Counted from the stretch's first letter, positions 20,258 through 35,473 are shown. The stretch: 64,000 nucleotides of DNA from the human T2T-CHM13v2.0 reference genome, Homo sapiens (GCF_009914755.1 NC_060930.1); one strand, 5' to 3'. Numbers and translations are program-made. Notes: generated by a model not told the origin, from the letters alone.

Positions 20258-20621
20258 TTATTCACTGATAGTAGAATTACTAGTAATTTCTTCTTAGAGG
20301 GACTGAGTATACATGTGAATTCAGGTACTCAGTTATGAAGAAAAAATAAACTCTCAATCAATTTTGTATGCCTGATTTAGCTTCCAAATACCACAGATTC
20401 CAATGGACAGTGTAAAACATGAAGATGCATCTTTACTCAAAATATATCCCATAACTTGAAACAGTATTTTACTGAATTCTGGATAGTGGTCCTTCTTCTC
20501 TTTTTATGCATCCAGACTCTCAGTAAAATACACACTACACATATACAAGTGCAGTTCATCCCACCTTATACCAATAGGGACAACTAAGAAATGTTGTTCA
20601 ATCGAAGTTCTTTTGTCTAAG

Positions 20622-20930
<309 letters not shown>

Positions 20931-21406
20931 GATTTGTCCAAATTTTTTTAACAAATATAATTGTTGATTCTTGATAATTCATTTTCATAAAAATGCCCAT
21001 AAAGTACAGGAGAATTAAAGAATTCTTGTAAACAGTAATATCATAAAATTCTGTGTCTGCAGCCTTATATAATTTTTTCTTCCTAGTATTCTAGATTCAT
21101 AAAAAAACACAAAAAGAACAAGTGATCCTGAGTTATAGTTTGTAATCAAGTTATTTCTTGTAATGGAGACACTGAAGACTCAGAATTTATTAAAATGCAG
21201 TAATTTTATTTTGATAAAACCCAACAAATGTGCTTCTAATAGTGGTTTTTCCTATTGAAGGACTATACAACTCAGTGTTGTATAAATATGATATTTAATA
21301 TAGTACATATAAGATTCTATATAGTAAATATAGAATAAAAAATACAAAGATTGCTATAGCATGTGATCTGTGGATTACTCAAGGATAGTGATTAAGAATA
21401 ATTAGC

Positions 21407-21681
<275 letters not shown>

Positions 21682-23782
21682 AAGAATAATTAGCACACAT
21701 GCTTTGTGTAGGTTGCCTATAAAAATAAAAATTGGAAGATGTAAATTTTTTCAACAATAGAATTATACTGGGAAAAATTTGTATGTTCTTCAATAACTTA
21801 GAAGAATTGTTGAGCTCTCCTGTAGCTTTTCGGCACTTTGTAAAAATGAAATATCAAGAATCAATATTTATATTTGTTAAAAATATTAAACAAGTCAGCT
21901 TTGATTGAACAACATCTCTTAAATGTCCCTGTTGCCAGAGAGTTGAATGAGATGAACTTATAGGTGCATGTTGTGTATTTTACCAGCTCTGGTTTTACCA
22001 AAAACTTGGAGACATGAAAAAAGTAAAAGGACCACTACCCAGCATTCAGTAAAATAAACTAGAATGTCCACAATGTCTTTTCCTCACTGAATAATTTATA
22101 TCTACATATCTCAGATTAGGTAAATTATTCTTTTAGATTTAACTTCTTAACAAACTTAATAAAATCAAATTTTTAAAAACTATACAGTAAAATATGCTTG
22201 TTTCCTAAGCTTCACATACTATGTCTTCTTCGAACTATATTTTTAATCTATTTCTTATAAAATGACAAATTTTTTAAAAATCCCAATTTTTTGAATGTGT
22301 GTGTACTTACTGGATCCAATAAATACTGTTTAAAACGTTCTCTTTAGATGTGGTAATATACAAGATACCTACTTGCATACTTTGCCTTCTTCAATGTTAA
22401 TGAAAACAAAGGGGACGATATTTGGCCAAATGGTGTGCATAGTGATCACATTTCATTTTCAAAATAGAAACTTTTAAACTAAGAATCAAGCTGATATTTA
22501 GCATTGTTAGATAACTAATTTGTTAATGGCAAAATCTGTAAAAAGGAAATCTAATTTTGAATAGGAGAGACGTGAATTAATACAATTTGTTTCATACAAC
22601 AGATGGATACTATTTCAAACCAGAAAACAAATCTAATTTTCTCTGTGATTTAAAGATAATTCAGAAAACAATCTACCAAAAACTAAGCAGTAAATCAAAA
22701 AAATCAAAATATAATCTAACAGCTGATGAACATTTAGTGCAGGAACTGACCCTGGGAAAATCATTATCATAACTTTCTTGACCTCTGTGGGGCCTGTTCA
22801 CACAGTACTATATATATCACCTTAAACATTTATTAAGTGCTTCTAGATGCCTGGCACTGAGAGAAAGAGCCTAAACACAAAAGCAGTATACTCAGAAAAT
22901 TGGAATAAGAATAGGGGTAGCCTTTTTTCTTTCTCTAATTATAAAGAAATTATTTTTGCTTTAAACTGATTTGCAGAGATATTTACAACTAAAAAATTGA
23001 CTCATGACTATTATCCAGAAAATGATATTTAGTAAAAAGTTAGTCAAGCCCGTGTTTCTTCCATTTAAACCAGTAAACCATTAAATTGTCTTGCCAGCTA
23101 ACTAGACACTAGAAAGACATAGATATGCTTAATGTAAATCTGTTCATTTTCATCACTAGAAAATTCAGTGGAGAAGTATTAATCATTTTCTACAGAAATG
23201 CTACCTAGGAATAGGAAGGAAAAAAAATAGAGGAAAAGTGGGGTTGAGTAAAGATGAAGTGTATTTGTGTGTGTGTGTGAGACAGAGAGATTAGCATAAT
23301 GCCCAGGGCTTTAATCATTTTTTTAAATTTTACATATTTCAGAATAACTCTGATGTCAAGGTAAATAAAAGTATATTTCAGTAAAGAAAAGCCCACCAAC
23401 ATCTACCTGTCTAAAAATTATCCTAAATTCAAATCCGAGTCATGATTTGGCTGCTGCTAAATCCATTCACACTTTTGTACAGGGATTTCAGGACCTCTGA
23501 TTTTCCTTTTCCTCATCTCCCTGCCTTGGTCATTTCTACGAGTCGTATTCCTACCAACGTATGTCTACAGGGAACCTTCCATTATTTAGCAATTGTATGT
23601 CTATGATGAGTTGTAATCCCATACTGTAAAAAAATGAATACTCCTTGTTTTGATGAAGGTCCAGTTTTCATGCCAGAGACTCATGAGACAAATAGCAGCA
23701 GCTGATTTATAATTCTTTACCACTTGAGGCCCCTTATACATTCTTTTTCAGTTGCTGATCTAATAATGTATCCTGTGGACTA

Positions 23783-23800
23783 TTTTCTTTTCCTTCCTTC

Positions 23801-23851
<51 letters not shown>

Positions 23852-24106
23852 TTTCTTTCTTTCTTTCTTTCTTTCTTTTTCTCTTTCTTTCTTTCTCTTT
23901 CTTTCTTTCTCTCTTTCTTTCTTTCTCTCTTTCTTTTTCTTTCTTCCTCTCTCCTTCCTTCCTTTCTCTCTTTCTTCCTCTCTCCTTCCTTCCTTCCTCT
24001 CTTTCCTCTTTCTTTCTTTCTTTCTTTCTTTCTTTCCTTCCTTCCTTCCTTCCTTCCTTCCTTCCTTCCTTCCTTCCTTCCTTCCTTCCTTCCTTCCTTC
24101 CTTCTT
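23783..24106. repeat. Compound (TTTC)n/(TTCC)n polypyrimidine tract
   Basis: About 324 nt containing only C and T on the + strand. Confidence 0.96.
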
Positions 24107-27100
24107 ATCTTCCATGCTTCTGTCTCTGGGGGGTTTTTTTTTGGTTTTTGTTTTTGTTTTTCAATGTCTATCTTATTTTCCTTCCACCTTAGTCTTCCAC
24201 TTGAATCTTCTCCTTTGACTGGCCAGTGCTGATCAAGGTGGAATGTGGACTGTGGAGACAGGATACCAGGAGAGTTGCAAAGTGTTACTTTCCCAAGAGA
24301 CAGTTTTGTTTAGACAAATGTTTAAGTACAATTTTCAAGCTTCATGTTGGTATTAATAACTGTCTCCTTTTCCTAGAGTAAGGCCACTAGTAAGAAATTG
24401 TTCCTTTCTCCGTTCATTTGTGAACCTAGCCTTAAAGTATACTTTCTGATGACTCAATAGAAGACTTGTGAACTTGGCAGAAACCATTGGGATGCATTCT
24501 ATAATAAATGATGGAATCTTTTAGTAGTCATTATTATAATACTGAATAGTGTTCATAGAATCTTGATAATTTTTTTTTGTTTTTGCACCAGATGCTGGTT
24601 TCTATTCCAAAATTCATGAAAGAGAGATTATTGAGGAAAAAAATACATTTCATATTTATATCTACTTTTATATATGTATGCATCTATGTATCATTCTTTT
24701 ATATATGTATGTATATACCCATTTCTATATATCTGCCTCTATTGTTTGAAATTCATTGTGGGGGTCTTATAAATGCTGTTTGATTTTTAGATCACAAGCC
24801 CTTTGTAGCAGCCACCAATTTGAATTAGTACCAGCTTCTTTGAAGGCTATTCAAAAAAAATTTTAGTACTTTAGTATTTAGCATAGACTTTTAGTATTTT
24901 AGTTTTTAGCAGAGAACTGTTCCTGTTCATAGCCTGAATACTGGGATAGATAAAGCAGTGGTTAACTTTGTCTAGTCAAATAATCTTGATTTATATGTAT
25001 ATATGATGTGTGTTAATTATTTCTTACTCCAAATTTTACAATTTAAAGATAAATCATTACAGCCTAAAATATAGTAAATCTTCATTGTACAAGTTTCCAG
25101 CCGGTCACTAAAGTTCAAAAAGTTATTACCATGAAAAATGTCTCATAATATTCCAAAAGTCAGTTATTTAAAACATAGGCAGTTCATTGAGAATGGATTG
25201 CAGACAACAATATTCAAACTAAGCATTAGCAGTCATTACAGACTCAAAGTAGGTTCATAATATGTGATTAAGTAGTAAAAGCTCTTTATCCCATTATCAA
25301 TCCCTTGAAGCATATTAAAACAATAGAAAAAGTAACCTGAAGTGCTACAAACAATGTGTGTACGTATGTGTGTTCAGCAGTAAAGATCGAATGTGATTTT
25401 GTGGATGTATATATTAGGGGTTTGCCTGGCATACAAAGTAAGTTTAAGTTCGATGGTATTCACAGACTGTGAACCTTCATAAAATCAGTGGTGCAAGCAG
25501 TAGTACCTCAAAAGTCTCAAGGGAATTGGTGAACATATATAAAGCAGTTACAGATGATAATCTGAAAACTCTAATTACAGGCTTACTGCAGTGTGAAATC
25601 TTTCATATTAAAAATAATGCCACAGTATATATTTACTGCCAGTATATCAATGGTATGCTCAAATGTATCAATAAAATTATCAACAGATGGAACCTATCCT
25701 CTTAATATTTCATGTTTGTTATCTATTCAAAACCACAGTTAACCTTTTAACGTAGAAACTGAACATGTTTTGTTCACCTAAGGAGCTGCAGAAAAATTGC
25801 TTATTTCAATAATAGGCATTCATACCTTTTCTTTCTGCAGAAGTAGTTCACATATGCACCTCAATGTGATCAAAATCATATATGTGTATGTGCTATGGCT
25901 TTTTATTTTTTCAAACACATGTTGGACGCCTTGGCCAACATACGGGAGTTTGACACAAGCTGCATTCAAACAAGCTGCCCCTGTGTGTCTCTCTAGGCTG
26001 ACGTAGCATGTGTTCATTTCCCAGAGATACAAATGGTGTGGAGTGGAGGGCACAGCACCCCTGGGTATTCATTATTCTGGGTGATCACTTGGGAGTGGTC
26101 AATTTGAAACCACCGTGGCAGTAAGAAAGAAACCAACGTGATTTGAATAGAAGGTGACGGCTCTTGAGCTTCTTTTTGCTGAATGTCATTAAACATGGAC
26201 GGACTGTAAGTGTCTAAAATGGGGGTGCTTATCATGGAGAAACAGTGGGCTTGTTCGGCCACACAGAATGCTTCGTACAATTTTGTTCAGCATAAAAAAG
26301 GCAGAAGGGCAGCAAGCAATGCAGAAAGTGACAAATCATTAAGCTAATCCTATAAAGATCCGGCCTGTCAGGCGGCACATTTCCTGAATACTTAGAAAGC
26401 ATGAGAGTGGCTTATTAATGGTTCATCACAGTTCTTGCACTGCTTACATTGCTAATATGCAAACACTGCCCTTTTTTAGTTTTGATTTTCAGCACATTAG
26501 GATGTCACTTCCATGGCTACTGTATTTTTTTTTCCTCCTGGGTAACTGAAGCATTACCATAGAAGACAATGATTGATGATGTCTTTAAAGGTCTAAAAAA
26601 GCACAGGCTATTTTTGAAACTGTGCCATGTCTATATAAGGAGAGAAGAAGGAACAATCTAAATGCTACAGTATGCTAGAGCAACAACAACAAAGCCCTGA
26701 GGCTTAGGTAGTCATCAAGGGTACTTCATTTTTTGCTCCCACTCTCTGCACCCTTTCCTTTCCCTCTCTGAATTTACAGACTACTGCTGGGTTAGGGTAG
26801 AGAATGCTCTGGTGTGTGTTAGATGCTCAGTGTAATTAGACTATTGCGCTAGGAAGATTTGGCTCCACACTTCATTCCCGGGAGCTGTAAAGCTGTTCTT
26901 GCCTTTGAAAGCTGCTTGGCTGAGTTGAGAACAAGCAATAGTGATGATGATGGTGTGATTAGCATCATTTTGCATTTAACACAACAGCTTTCTGCATAGT
27001 ATTTACAGTACTTAGAAACTATTATCATGTATACAAGTATCTTCCCGTATTGATTATTTGTCTTTTTCTTCTCCTTATCATCTTCTTTCAACTTTCTATC

Positions 27101-27344
27101 AGTGTGGATTCAATCCAATGAAAATTTAGTATGCATCTATAACGCCTTGTTAGGCACTGGGAATAGAAAACCACTTATTTATGTATTTTTATATTTCCTG
27201 TACAAATTCAGTCTTGTAAGATACACACATTGTAACATATAAATTTTATTCCAAAATATGGATTTTCTTTTGTTTTTTCTTTATCCTTGTGCAAATGAAT
27301 AATAAAGGCAAAGAAAAAGAGGATTTTTATTTATTTAAATTTTT

Positions 27345-27637
<293 letters not shown>

Positions 27638-27654
27638 TATTTATTTAAATTTTT

Positions 27655-27732
27655 ATGAGTATATAGTAGGTGCATATATTTGGGGATACAAGAGATATTT
27701 TGATACAGGCACACAATGTGTAATCATCACAG
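27655..27732 (-). mobile_element. Very short L1MA 3'-end insertion; its tail hosts the AluY
   Basis: TAGTAGGTGCATATATTTGGGGATACAAGAGATATTTTGATACAGGCA matches an L1MA 3' terminus. Outer TSD AGAGGATTTTT at 27318-27328 and 27733-27743. Confidence 0.75.
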
Positions 27733-29713
27733 AGAGGATTTTTTTTTTTTGAGGGACAGGAGAGTTAAAGGTGTAAACTCTAGGTTGGTTTCTGTCAATT
27801 CCTCTCTAGTCATTCAATCATTTTAAAAGACTCAAAAAGTAGGATCTACTTTAAATCATGTAAATTGGCCCCAAATATTTGATCTAGTACAAATTTAGCA
27901 TATAACAAATAAATAAGTAAAGCCCTTAAATCTAACCAAAGCAGTAGGAAATAGGTTACCAAAACTGTTTCTCCTGCAATAGTTGGAGTAATTTGGTCAT
28001 GCAAACTTAGCCAAGTTAGTTAAATTTCTTAAAATTCTGTCCCTGTTTTATAAAATGAAAGAATACTATTTGGGCTGACATGATCTTCTGCTTATTAAAG
28101 ATAAGTTACAGACCACAGTGTATAGCACATTGCAAGACCTCAAGAAATTAACATGATACAGTATGTGAATAATGCAAAGAAAACCAACAAATCAAAATAT
28201 TCCTTTTGAAATTGGACATAAATTGGTTTCTGCTCAGCATTTTTTGTTGGAAGACCCTCTTATGATGCTTCCAAATCTGTATTTTTTTCTTTTTTTGAAT
28301 ATGAAATTTTTATAAACAAGAATAACATATTTAATTCATTTATTGATTTTTCCATATATTTCATGCATAATAGAACGTGGATGTGCTTAATAGTATAAAA
28401 GAAAATTAGGTTACAAAGAGAACAGCTGAAGAAGAATTAAGTAAATTGCCTAACATCACACTAAAAAATAATACAGAAGAGGAGAGAAAAAAATAACAGA
28501 GAAGAATGATTGAAAAGAATAGAGGACGAGAATATAGGTTCTAATACCTTGTCAGCTGGTCAACATTAGTTCTCAGATTAGAACAACACTTTCACTGAAA
28601 GATGAAGGAAAATTATTCTTCTCTGTATAATAAAGTCCTTGAGGGTGGCTTCACAACAAATTAATGTAACGTTAACATGTAATGTATCTAAAAATACCAC
28701 TCCATGTTTCTAGTTTCTCCCTGGGGACTGTTCGTGTGCTAACGCTCCTCTTCTTCACATATCTCTCCTCTCCCCACTTGTTGGCCAGGCATTCTCATAT
28801 CTCATTTCAACAACTAGTATATGACACCATATAGAATCCAGGACATGATACATGATGTCAGGCCAAACCTCTGACCTTCAGAAAGTCAAAGCTGTTAGGC
28901 AAAAAGACTTCCCAGGATCAAACCTCTCTGGATTCAAATACATACATGATTATTATACAATTTTCAAGTCTTGGACATGTCTTTCTATATCAGTTTCCCT
29001 ATAGGAATATTACCAGCAGATTAACATTAATTTCTAATTGCATTTGTTTTCCTGTCCAGACTCTGAAACTGAAATTAGATTTTTATACAATCCAAGCCAA
29101 CCTGATATAATACACTCTTTGCATTAAGAGTTTTACTTGACTGTTATTATACCATGCTTTACATGACAATGAGAAGTTAATTTTACTCCATTGTGATGTG
29201 CTTTTAGGCTCTGAACTTACTACATAATGAGGTACAGTTTCTCCTTCACCTCAATGTACCGACCTGCTGAGCAATATCCTGGATATCTCCAGGGCACCTG
29301 TCAAGAATGCTTTATTTCATATTCCACCCCCAAAACAAACATACACCAAAAATATCATTCAAACTTAAGAAATGTTCATGATACTGGAGAGGCATCACTA
29401 GGTTGTCTGGGAAAGGAGAAAAAGATAATTATAACAATTACTATATACCCTCTTCAAGCATTATGATATGTTGGTCATTTTGTAAGATTCGTTGGATATT
29501 AAATCCTTTCTTACAAATCGGTTAAGAGGTCTTTTAATCCCTATTAATCTAAGTTTTACAGTGATAGGAATTGTATGACTTATAATAAATGAGGGATCAG
29601 AACAAGAATTCGGTTCAATAGTTAAAATAATTTTTAATTGATAGAAGGCACTAATGAATAACCAGATGACTGAAAGTTTCTGGCGTATCTGGAGATACCC
29701 AAAATAAGATCCT

Positions 29714-29985
29714 TGTTAATGCACTTAACTGTGTCCCCCCTCAAAAAGCCATATGTTGAATCCCTAAACCACAGTAATTTAGAATATGATGACATTTGGA
29801 GGGAGGGCCCTAAAAGAGGTGATTAAATTAAAATGAAGCTATTAGAGTGGGGCCTAATCCAATCCTCCGAAGAAACCACCCCTGCCAACTCCTTGATCTT
29901 GGACTTCTAGTACCCCAAAATGTAAAAGATATATTTCTGTTGTTAAATTACCCAGTCTGTGGTACTCTGTTTTGGCAATCCTAGC
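29714..29985 (+). mobile_element. MLT1 (A/B-like) LTR, internally deleted
   Basis: TGTGTCCCCCCTCAAAA..ATATGTTGAA, GGGCCTAATCCAAT, CCTTGATCTTGGACTTC and CCCAGTCTGTGGTA motifs. Confidence 0.75.
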
Positions 29986-32874
29986 CATAGTAAATCAATT
30001 ATTAATATGAGCTTCTTTATCAATACCTACATGAGTTGTTCCCATTAATTACCTCATTCCTCAAACTGTAATGCAGACAATATGCCAAATAGCATACTTA
30101 TTAATTGATAAATCTAATGTCTTGTTTCCAAACTTTGATGTCTCTACATCGTTTTGCATTGTCGATGATCCCTTATATTTCTATTCCCTTTGCTTCAAGA
30201 CACAATTTACTTCCTGTTTTCCAGCTTTCTCCCTGACTTCTTACTAATGGATTCCTCTCTTCACCCATTACAGGTGGGTATTTCTGGGATATTGTACTCA
30301 GCTTCTTTGTCTCCATGTTCTCACTAGAGGAAATTTTTATACACGCATATTTACAACTGTCATCTAAATGCTGAAAAACTCCAAGTTTTGTCTCCATCCT
30401 ACAGTCATTTGAATCTGATAAAGTACTTTATTATTATGTAATATTTAAACATATGATATTTATGTGGTAGACATAGATTATTATTAGTCATAATAATAAA
30501 ACAAATATCCATGAATTCATGCTCCTTCCTAAGATAAAATATTACCATGCTTTTCTCCAATCCCACCTTCCTACTTTCCTATTGGGAAATAACCACTACC
30601 CTAGATTTTGCATTTGCATGCATCATTACCATGACACTTGAAAATATTTTTTTAACCTATTTAGATAATTCTAAATAAAATATCAATTTGGTTTTTTGTT
30701 TGTAATTATGGTGTCATATTACATGTGGTCTTGTGTGTCTTATTTTTTCATTCCACAGCGTCGTTTCTAAGATGCAACAATGTTGCACATAACTGCAGTT
30801 TGCTCTTTTTACTGCATTCTAATTTTTTCCCGAACACCTGAACTACATATCTAGAAGAAACAAAACCCAAAAATGTTACCATCAAGCCTGCTGCTCTTAA
30901 ATCTAGAACCTACACAATATCAAAAAATATAATATTATCCTTAATATTTTTTCTCTTTCAATATATTTTCAATCAGTCATAAATCTGGATGATTTAATCT
31001 ATATGATGTTGTCCTCTCTTCACCCCTTCCAATGCCAGGTGTGAGTCCAAGGCATTAGCAGCTTGTGTCTGACCATTGCATTCACTTTCTAACTCTTCTC
31101 CATGCAAAACTTTCCCCTCTTCCCCAAAAATCCAGGTCACTCTCAATCTTAACTTTTGATCATTATTTGCCTTTGCCTGCAGGGCACACTTCAAACTACC
31201 TTATATGGTATTCAAGATTTTTAATATCTTTTAGGTGTCATAGTGAGAAATGCTACTTCCTCTTCTACTTCTTTGTTTTGAGAACCACATATTCAATTTG
31301 TGGGAAAAAAAATGGCAGCACACATTGGTTCCTGGTTCAAAGCACATACCACATCATTAACAACACCACTCCACTAAATTATTAGTTTAATCTCTTATCT
31401 CTGAAGATATATATGACTGACCAACAATCCATTTTACATTCTATAAGGCTGGCTATATTGGGGATCTGGAGTAAATAGTGAGACTAGAGAATCCCATGAG
31501 CATTACTGACTACATTGCCTTATTCTTTTGTGATTAAATTAGCTTATTAGTAAGAAATCCCATGACAGAATATCATTATAGTGAAGGAGATATTCAAGGA
31601 AACCACTCTTTGTGTTTCTGTCAATAACTCCATGGACAGGAAGAAAGATTATGATCCAGAATAAGTGTTTATTTCAATGAAGACAAATTGCTGCTCATAG
31701 AGGGTTCCGATGTAATCAACCCATCATGTGAAGGAGGAGGGTGTCTCCTGGAGTAGGTTTTGTGTTAGAAGGTCAGAGTTGATTTTGCACTGACCAAGCA
31801 GTGACTGTATTCTGGGATATCAAAGTGAAAAGTTTATAATGTGAAACTAAATACAACCTGTTATCAGTCTACCATGGCTACTTTGTTCATATAAGCCTAC
31901 TTACAAGTATAATGCTGCTTTCTGCCAAAACCCAACAGACATTGCTGCAATTCACTTACTGGGGCATAAACAGGCTCCATACAACATTCAGCACAACCTC
32001 AGGCACTTCTGCTGCATTGGATCTGCTGGGTTTTCAAAGGTACATGATAGAGTCACTCACATTACTGCTGGAACAAGCTGGACACCTATCATATTCTCTG
32101 AATTTCACTGAAACTTGGAAGAATATGTACTAGTTTGAGTCTCTTACTTAGTGGTAAGAACTATTAGGTGCAGTGTCCTGTGCTTATAATGAGGAGTATC
32201 CTCTAATGACTCAGAAACTGAATTCTAGAGAGGTCAGACACAAAATAGTACCTGCTGTGTCATTCTCTATGTATAAAGTTCAAAAACTGGCAAACCAAGT
32301 GGTGGTTGAAATTAGGATGTGGTTGGCGTTGAGGAGGATGAGAATTTGTAAATGGGAAGGTCCATAAAAGAGCTTTGGGATTCACATAATTTTCTATTTT
32401 TTTATTTGTGTAATTGGCACATGGGTGTGTTCACTTTCTGATAAATACATCAAGTAGTTTACTTACGATTTGTGCTTTCCTTTAAATATGTTATACTTTG
32501 ATTTTTAAAAATTGCTTAAAAAACTAGATAGCTCTCATGGAAGGGCTAGAAAAGAACAAGCTCCCCAATGCTCCCCAAGATAAGCATGTATTAACAATAT
32601 TCCAAGATACTCACACAGGCTGGCTTAAGGGGAACTAATTTTCCAATTCCTGGAAAATCTCACAATCATCCTGCAAAAACAACTCTTTGGAGAAATGTCC
32701 GGCATAGCTTCTATTGCCTCCCATTGGTAGACTGGGGCCCTGCACAGAACTTCACTTGAAAATCAATCACATGTGAGTTACCTGACTTGTAAAACCTAGG
32801 TCACATGGCTTTAGCTGCAAAAGAGGCTTTGAAATATATGTTGAACAATCTTTTGTTCATGTTTATTTACTCTG

Positions 32875-34777
32875 TGTATTAGTCTGTTCTCACGCTGCTA
32901 ATAATGATATACCCAAGACTAAGTAATTTATAAAGGAAAGAGGTTTAATTGTCTCAGTTCAGCATGGATGGGGAGGCCTCACAATCATGGCAGAAGGTGA
33001 AGGAGAAGCAAAGCCACATCGTACTTCCTGGGTTCAATGGGGGTTCAGGCATTGGGTAAATACACGTGTTCCAAATGAAAGAAATTGGCCAAAACAAAGG
33101 GGCTACAGGCTCCATGTGAGTCCAAAATCCAATAAGGCAGCCATTAAACCTTAAAGTTCCAAAATGATCTCCTTTGACTCCATGTCTCACATCCAGGTCC
33201 CACTGATGCAAGACGTGGGTTCCCATGGCCTTGGGAAGCTCCACTCCTGTGGCTTTGCAGGGTACAGCCCCCTCCCAGCTGCTTTCATGGCTGTCATTGT
33301 CAATGGCTTTTCCAGATGCATGGTGCAAGCTGTCAGTGGATCTACCATTCTGGAGTCTGGAGGACAGTGGCCCTCTTTTCACAGCTCAATTAGGCAGTGT
33401 CCCAGTGGGGACTCTATGTGGGGGCTCCCACCCCACATTTCCCTTCCACACTGCCCTAGCAGAGGTTCTCCATGAGGGCACCACCCCTGCAGCAAACTTC
33501 TGCCTGGATATCCAGGCGTTTCCATACCTCCTCTGAAATCTAGGTGGAGGTTCCCAAACCTCAATTCTTGACTTCTGTGCACCAGCAGGCTCAACATCAC
33601 ATGGAAGCTGCCAAGGCTTGGGGCTTGCACCTTCCAAAAATACTGCCCCAGCTGTACCTCGGCCCCTTTTGGGCATGGCTAGAGTGGCTGGGATGCAGGA
33701 CACCAAGTCCCTAGCCTGCATGCAACAAGGGGGCCCTGGGCCCAGCCCAGGAACCAATTATTTTTCCCCCTAGGCTTCCAGGTCTGTGATGGAAGAGGCT
33801 GCGGCATGGTTTCTGACATGCCATGGAGACATTTTCCCCATTGTCTTGGTGACTAACAATGGGCTTCTTGTTACTTATGCAAATTTCTGTAGCTGGCTTG
33901 AATTTCTGCCTAGAAAATGGATTTTTCTATTCAATTGCATTGTTATGCTGCAAATTTCCCCAAGTTTTATGCTCTGCTTCCTCTTGAAAGCCTTGCTGCT
34001 AAGAAATTTCACCAGATACCCTAAATCATCTCTCTCAAGTTCAAAGTTCCACAGACCTCTAAAGCAGAAGCAAAATGTGGCCAGTCTCTGCATAGCAAGA
34101 GTGAACTTTGCTCCAGTACCCAACAAGTTCTTCGTCTCCATCTGAGACACACTTAGACTAGATTTTACTGTCCATATCACCATCAGCATTCTGGTTGAAA
34201 CCATTCAACAAGTCTCTATGAAGTTACAAACTTTCCCACATCTTCTGTCTTCTGAGCCCTCCAAGTCTGTAGGAAGTTTCAAATTTTCCCACATTTTCGT
34301 CTTCTTCTGAGCCCTCCAAATTGTTCCAACCTCTTCCTGTTACACAATTCCAAAGTTGCTTCCACATTTTCAGGTATCTTTACAGCAGCATCTCACTCTA
34401 CCAGTAACAATTTACTTTATTAGTCTGTTCTCATTTTGCTAATAAAGACATACCAAAGACTGGGCAATTTTTAAAGGAAAGAAGTTTAATTGATTCACAG
34501 TCCAGCATGGCTGGGGAGGCCTCACAATCATGGCAGAAGGTAAAGGAGGAGTAAGGCATGTCTTACATGGTGGCAGGCAAGAGAGCATGTGCAGGGGGAC
34601 TCCCCTTTATAAAACCATCAGATCTTATGAGACTTATTCACTACCATGAGAACAGCACAGGAAAGACCCACCCCCATGATTCTATTATCTTCCACTGGGT
34701 CCCTCCTGCAACACATGGAAATTATGGGAGCTACAATTCCAGGTGACATTTTGGTGGGGACAAATCCAACCACATCA
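32875..34777 (-). mobile_element. THE1B MaLR provirus with a deletion across one LTR/internal junction (partial LTR 32875-~33024, intact LTR 34416-34777)
   Basis: TGTATTAGTCTGTTCTCACGCTGCTAATAA start, THE1-int body, second LTR ending CCACATCA; TSD CTCTG/TTCTG. Confidence 0.9.
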
Positions 34778-34981
34778 TTCTGCTACATTAAGCAGTCCTT
34801 TTACCAAGAAACAATGCTTTATTCCTGTCTGTTATCTCCATGTTTATTATCACACCTAGCTTTCATTTCATAATCATTTACTAAGTATCTCCTATCTATA
34901 AGTCACTGAGGTAGCTATGAAAAGAAACTCATGAATGAAAAGAAATTCCAACACATGGAGTCTTATATTCTAGATGCAGAG

Positions 34982-35051
34982 TGTTAAATTACATTAAATT
35001 TGGTCCAAAGCTGTCTCCATAGGTAGCAAACTGCAATTGAACTTAGTATGT
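34982..35051 (+). mobile_element. MER57-type ERV1 LTR, 5' piece
   Basis: TGTTAAATTACATTAAATTTGGTCCAAAGCTGTCTCC...AACTGCAATTGAACTTAGTATGT resembles the MER57 start. Confidence 0.65.
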
Positions 35052-35473
35052 TGTATTAGTCTGTTTCATACTGCTATAAAGATACTACCTGAGACTGGGT
35101 AATTTATAAACAAGGAGGTTTAATTGACTTAGAGTTCTAGCATGGCCTGGGAGGCCTCGGAAAACTTACAATCATGGTGTAAGGTGAAGAAGAAGCAAGT
35201 ATCTTCTTCACAAGGGGCCAGGAAAGAGAGGAGGTGAAGAGAAAAGTGCCCCGTATAAAACCATCAGATCTCATGAGAACTCACTCACTATCACAAGAGC
35301 AGCGTAGGAAAAACAGTCCCCATGATCCTATCCCCTCCCACATGGTCCCTCCCTTGATGCATGGGGATTACAATTTGAGATGAGATTTGGGTGGGGACAC
35401 AGGGCCAAACCATTTCATTCCGCCCATGGCTCCTCCAAATTTCATGTCCTCACATTTTAAAACACAATCATGT
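35052..35473 (-). mobile_element. THE1D/MSTA LTR (35052-35417) plus 56 bp of internal sequence
   Basis: TGTATTAGTCTGTTTCATACTGCTATAAAG...GGGACACAGGGCCAAACCATTTCA, then the MaLR-int start TTCCGCCCATGGCTCCTCCAAATTTCATGTCCTCAC. Confidence 0.88.

Noticed and set aside
23724-24218. 164-aa F/L/S-rich and 111-aa K/E/R-rich ORFs
   Set aside because: Translations of the TTTC/TTCC microsatellite.
31380-32200. Possible ancient ERVL/MLT internal fragments
   Set aside because: Similarity too faint to delimit by eye.
32954-34204. Cluster of overlapping 80-140-aa ORFs (also at 16328-17381)
   Set aside because: GC-richer THE1 internal sequence; remnants of the decayed MaLR ORF, not host genes.
34210-34320. 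~55-bp tandem duplication in THE1B internal region
   Set aside because: Diverged, and probably inherited from the THE1-int source element rather than locus-specific.
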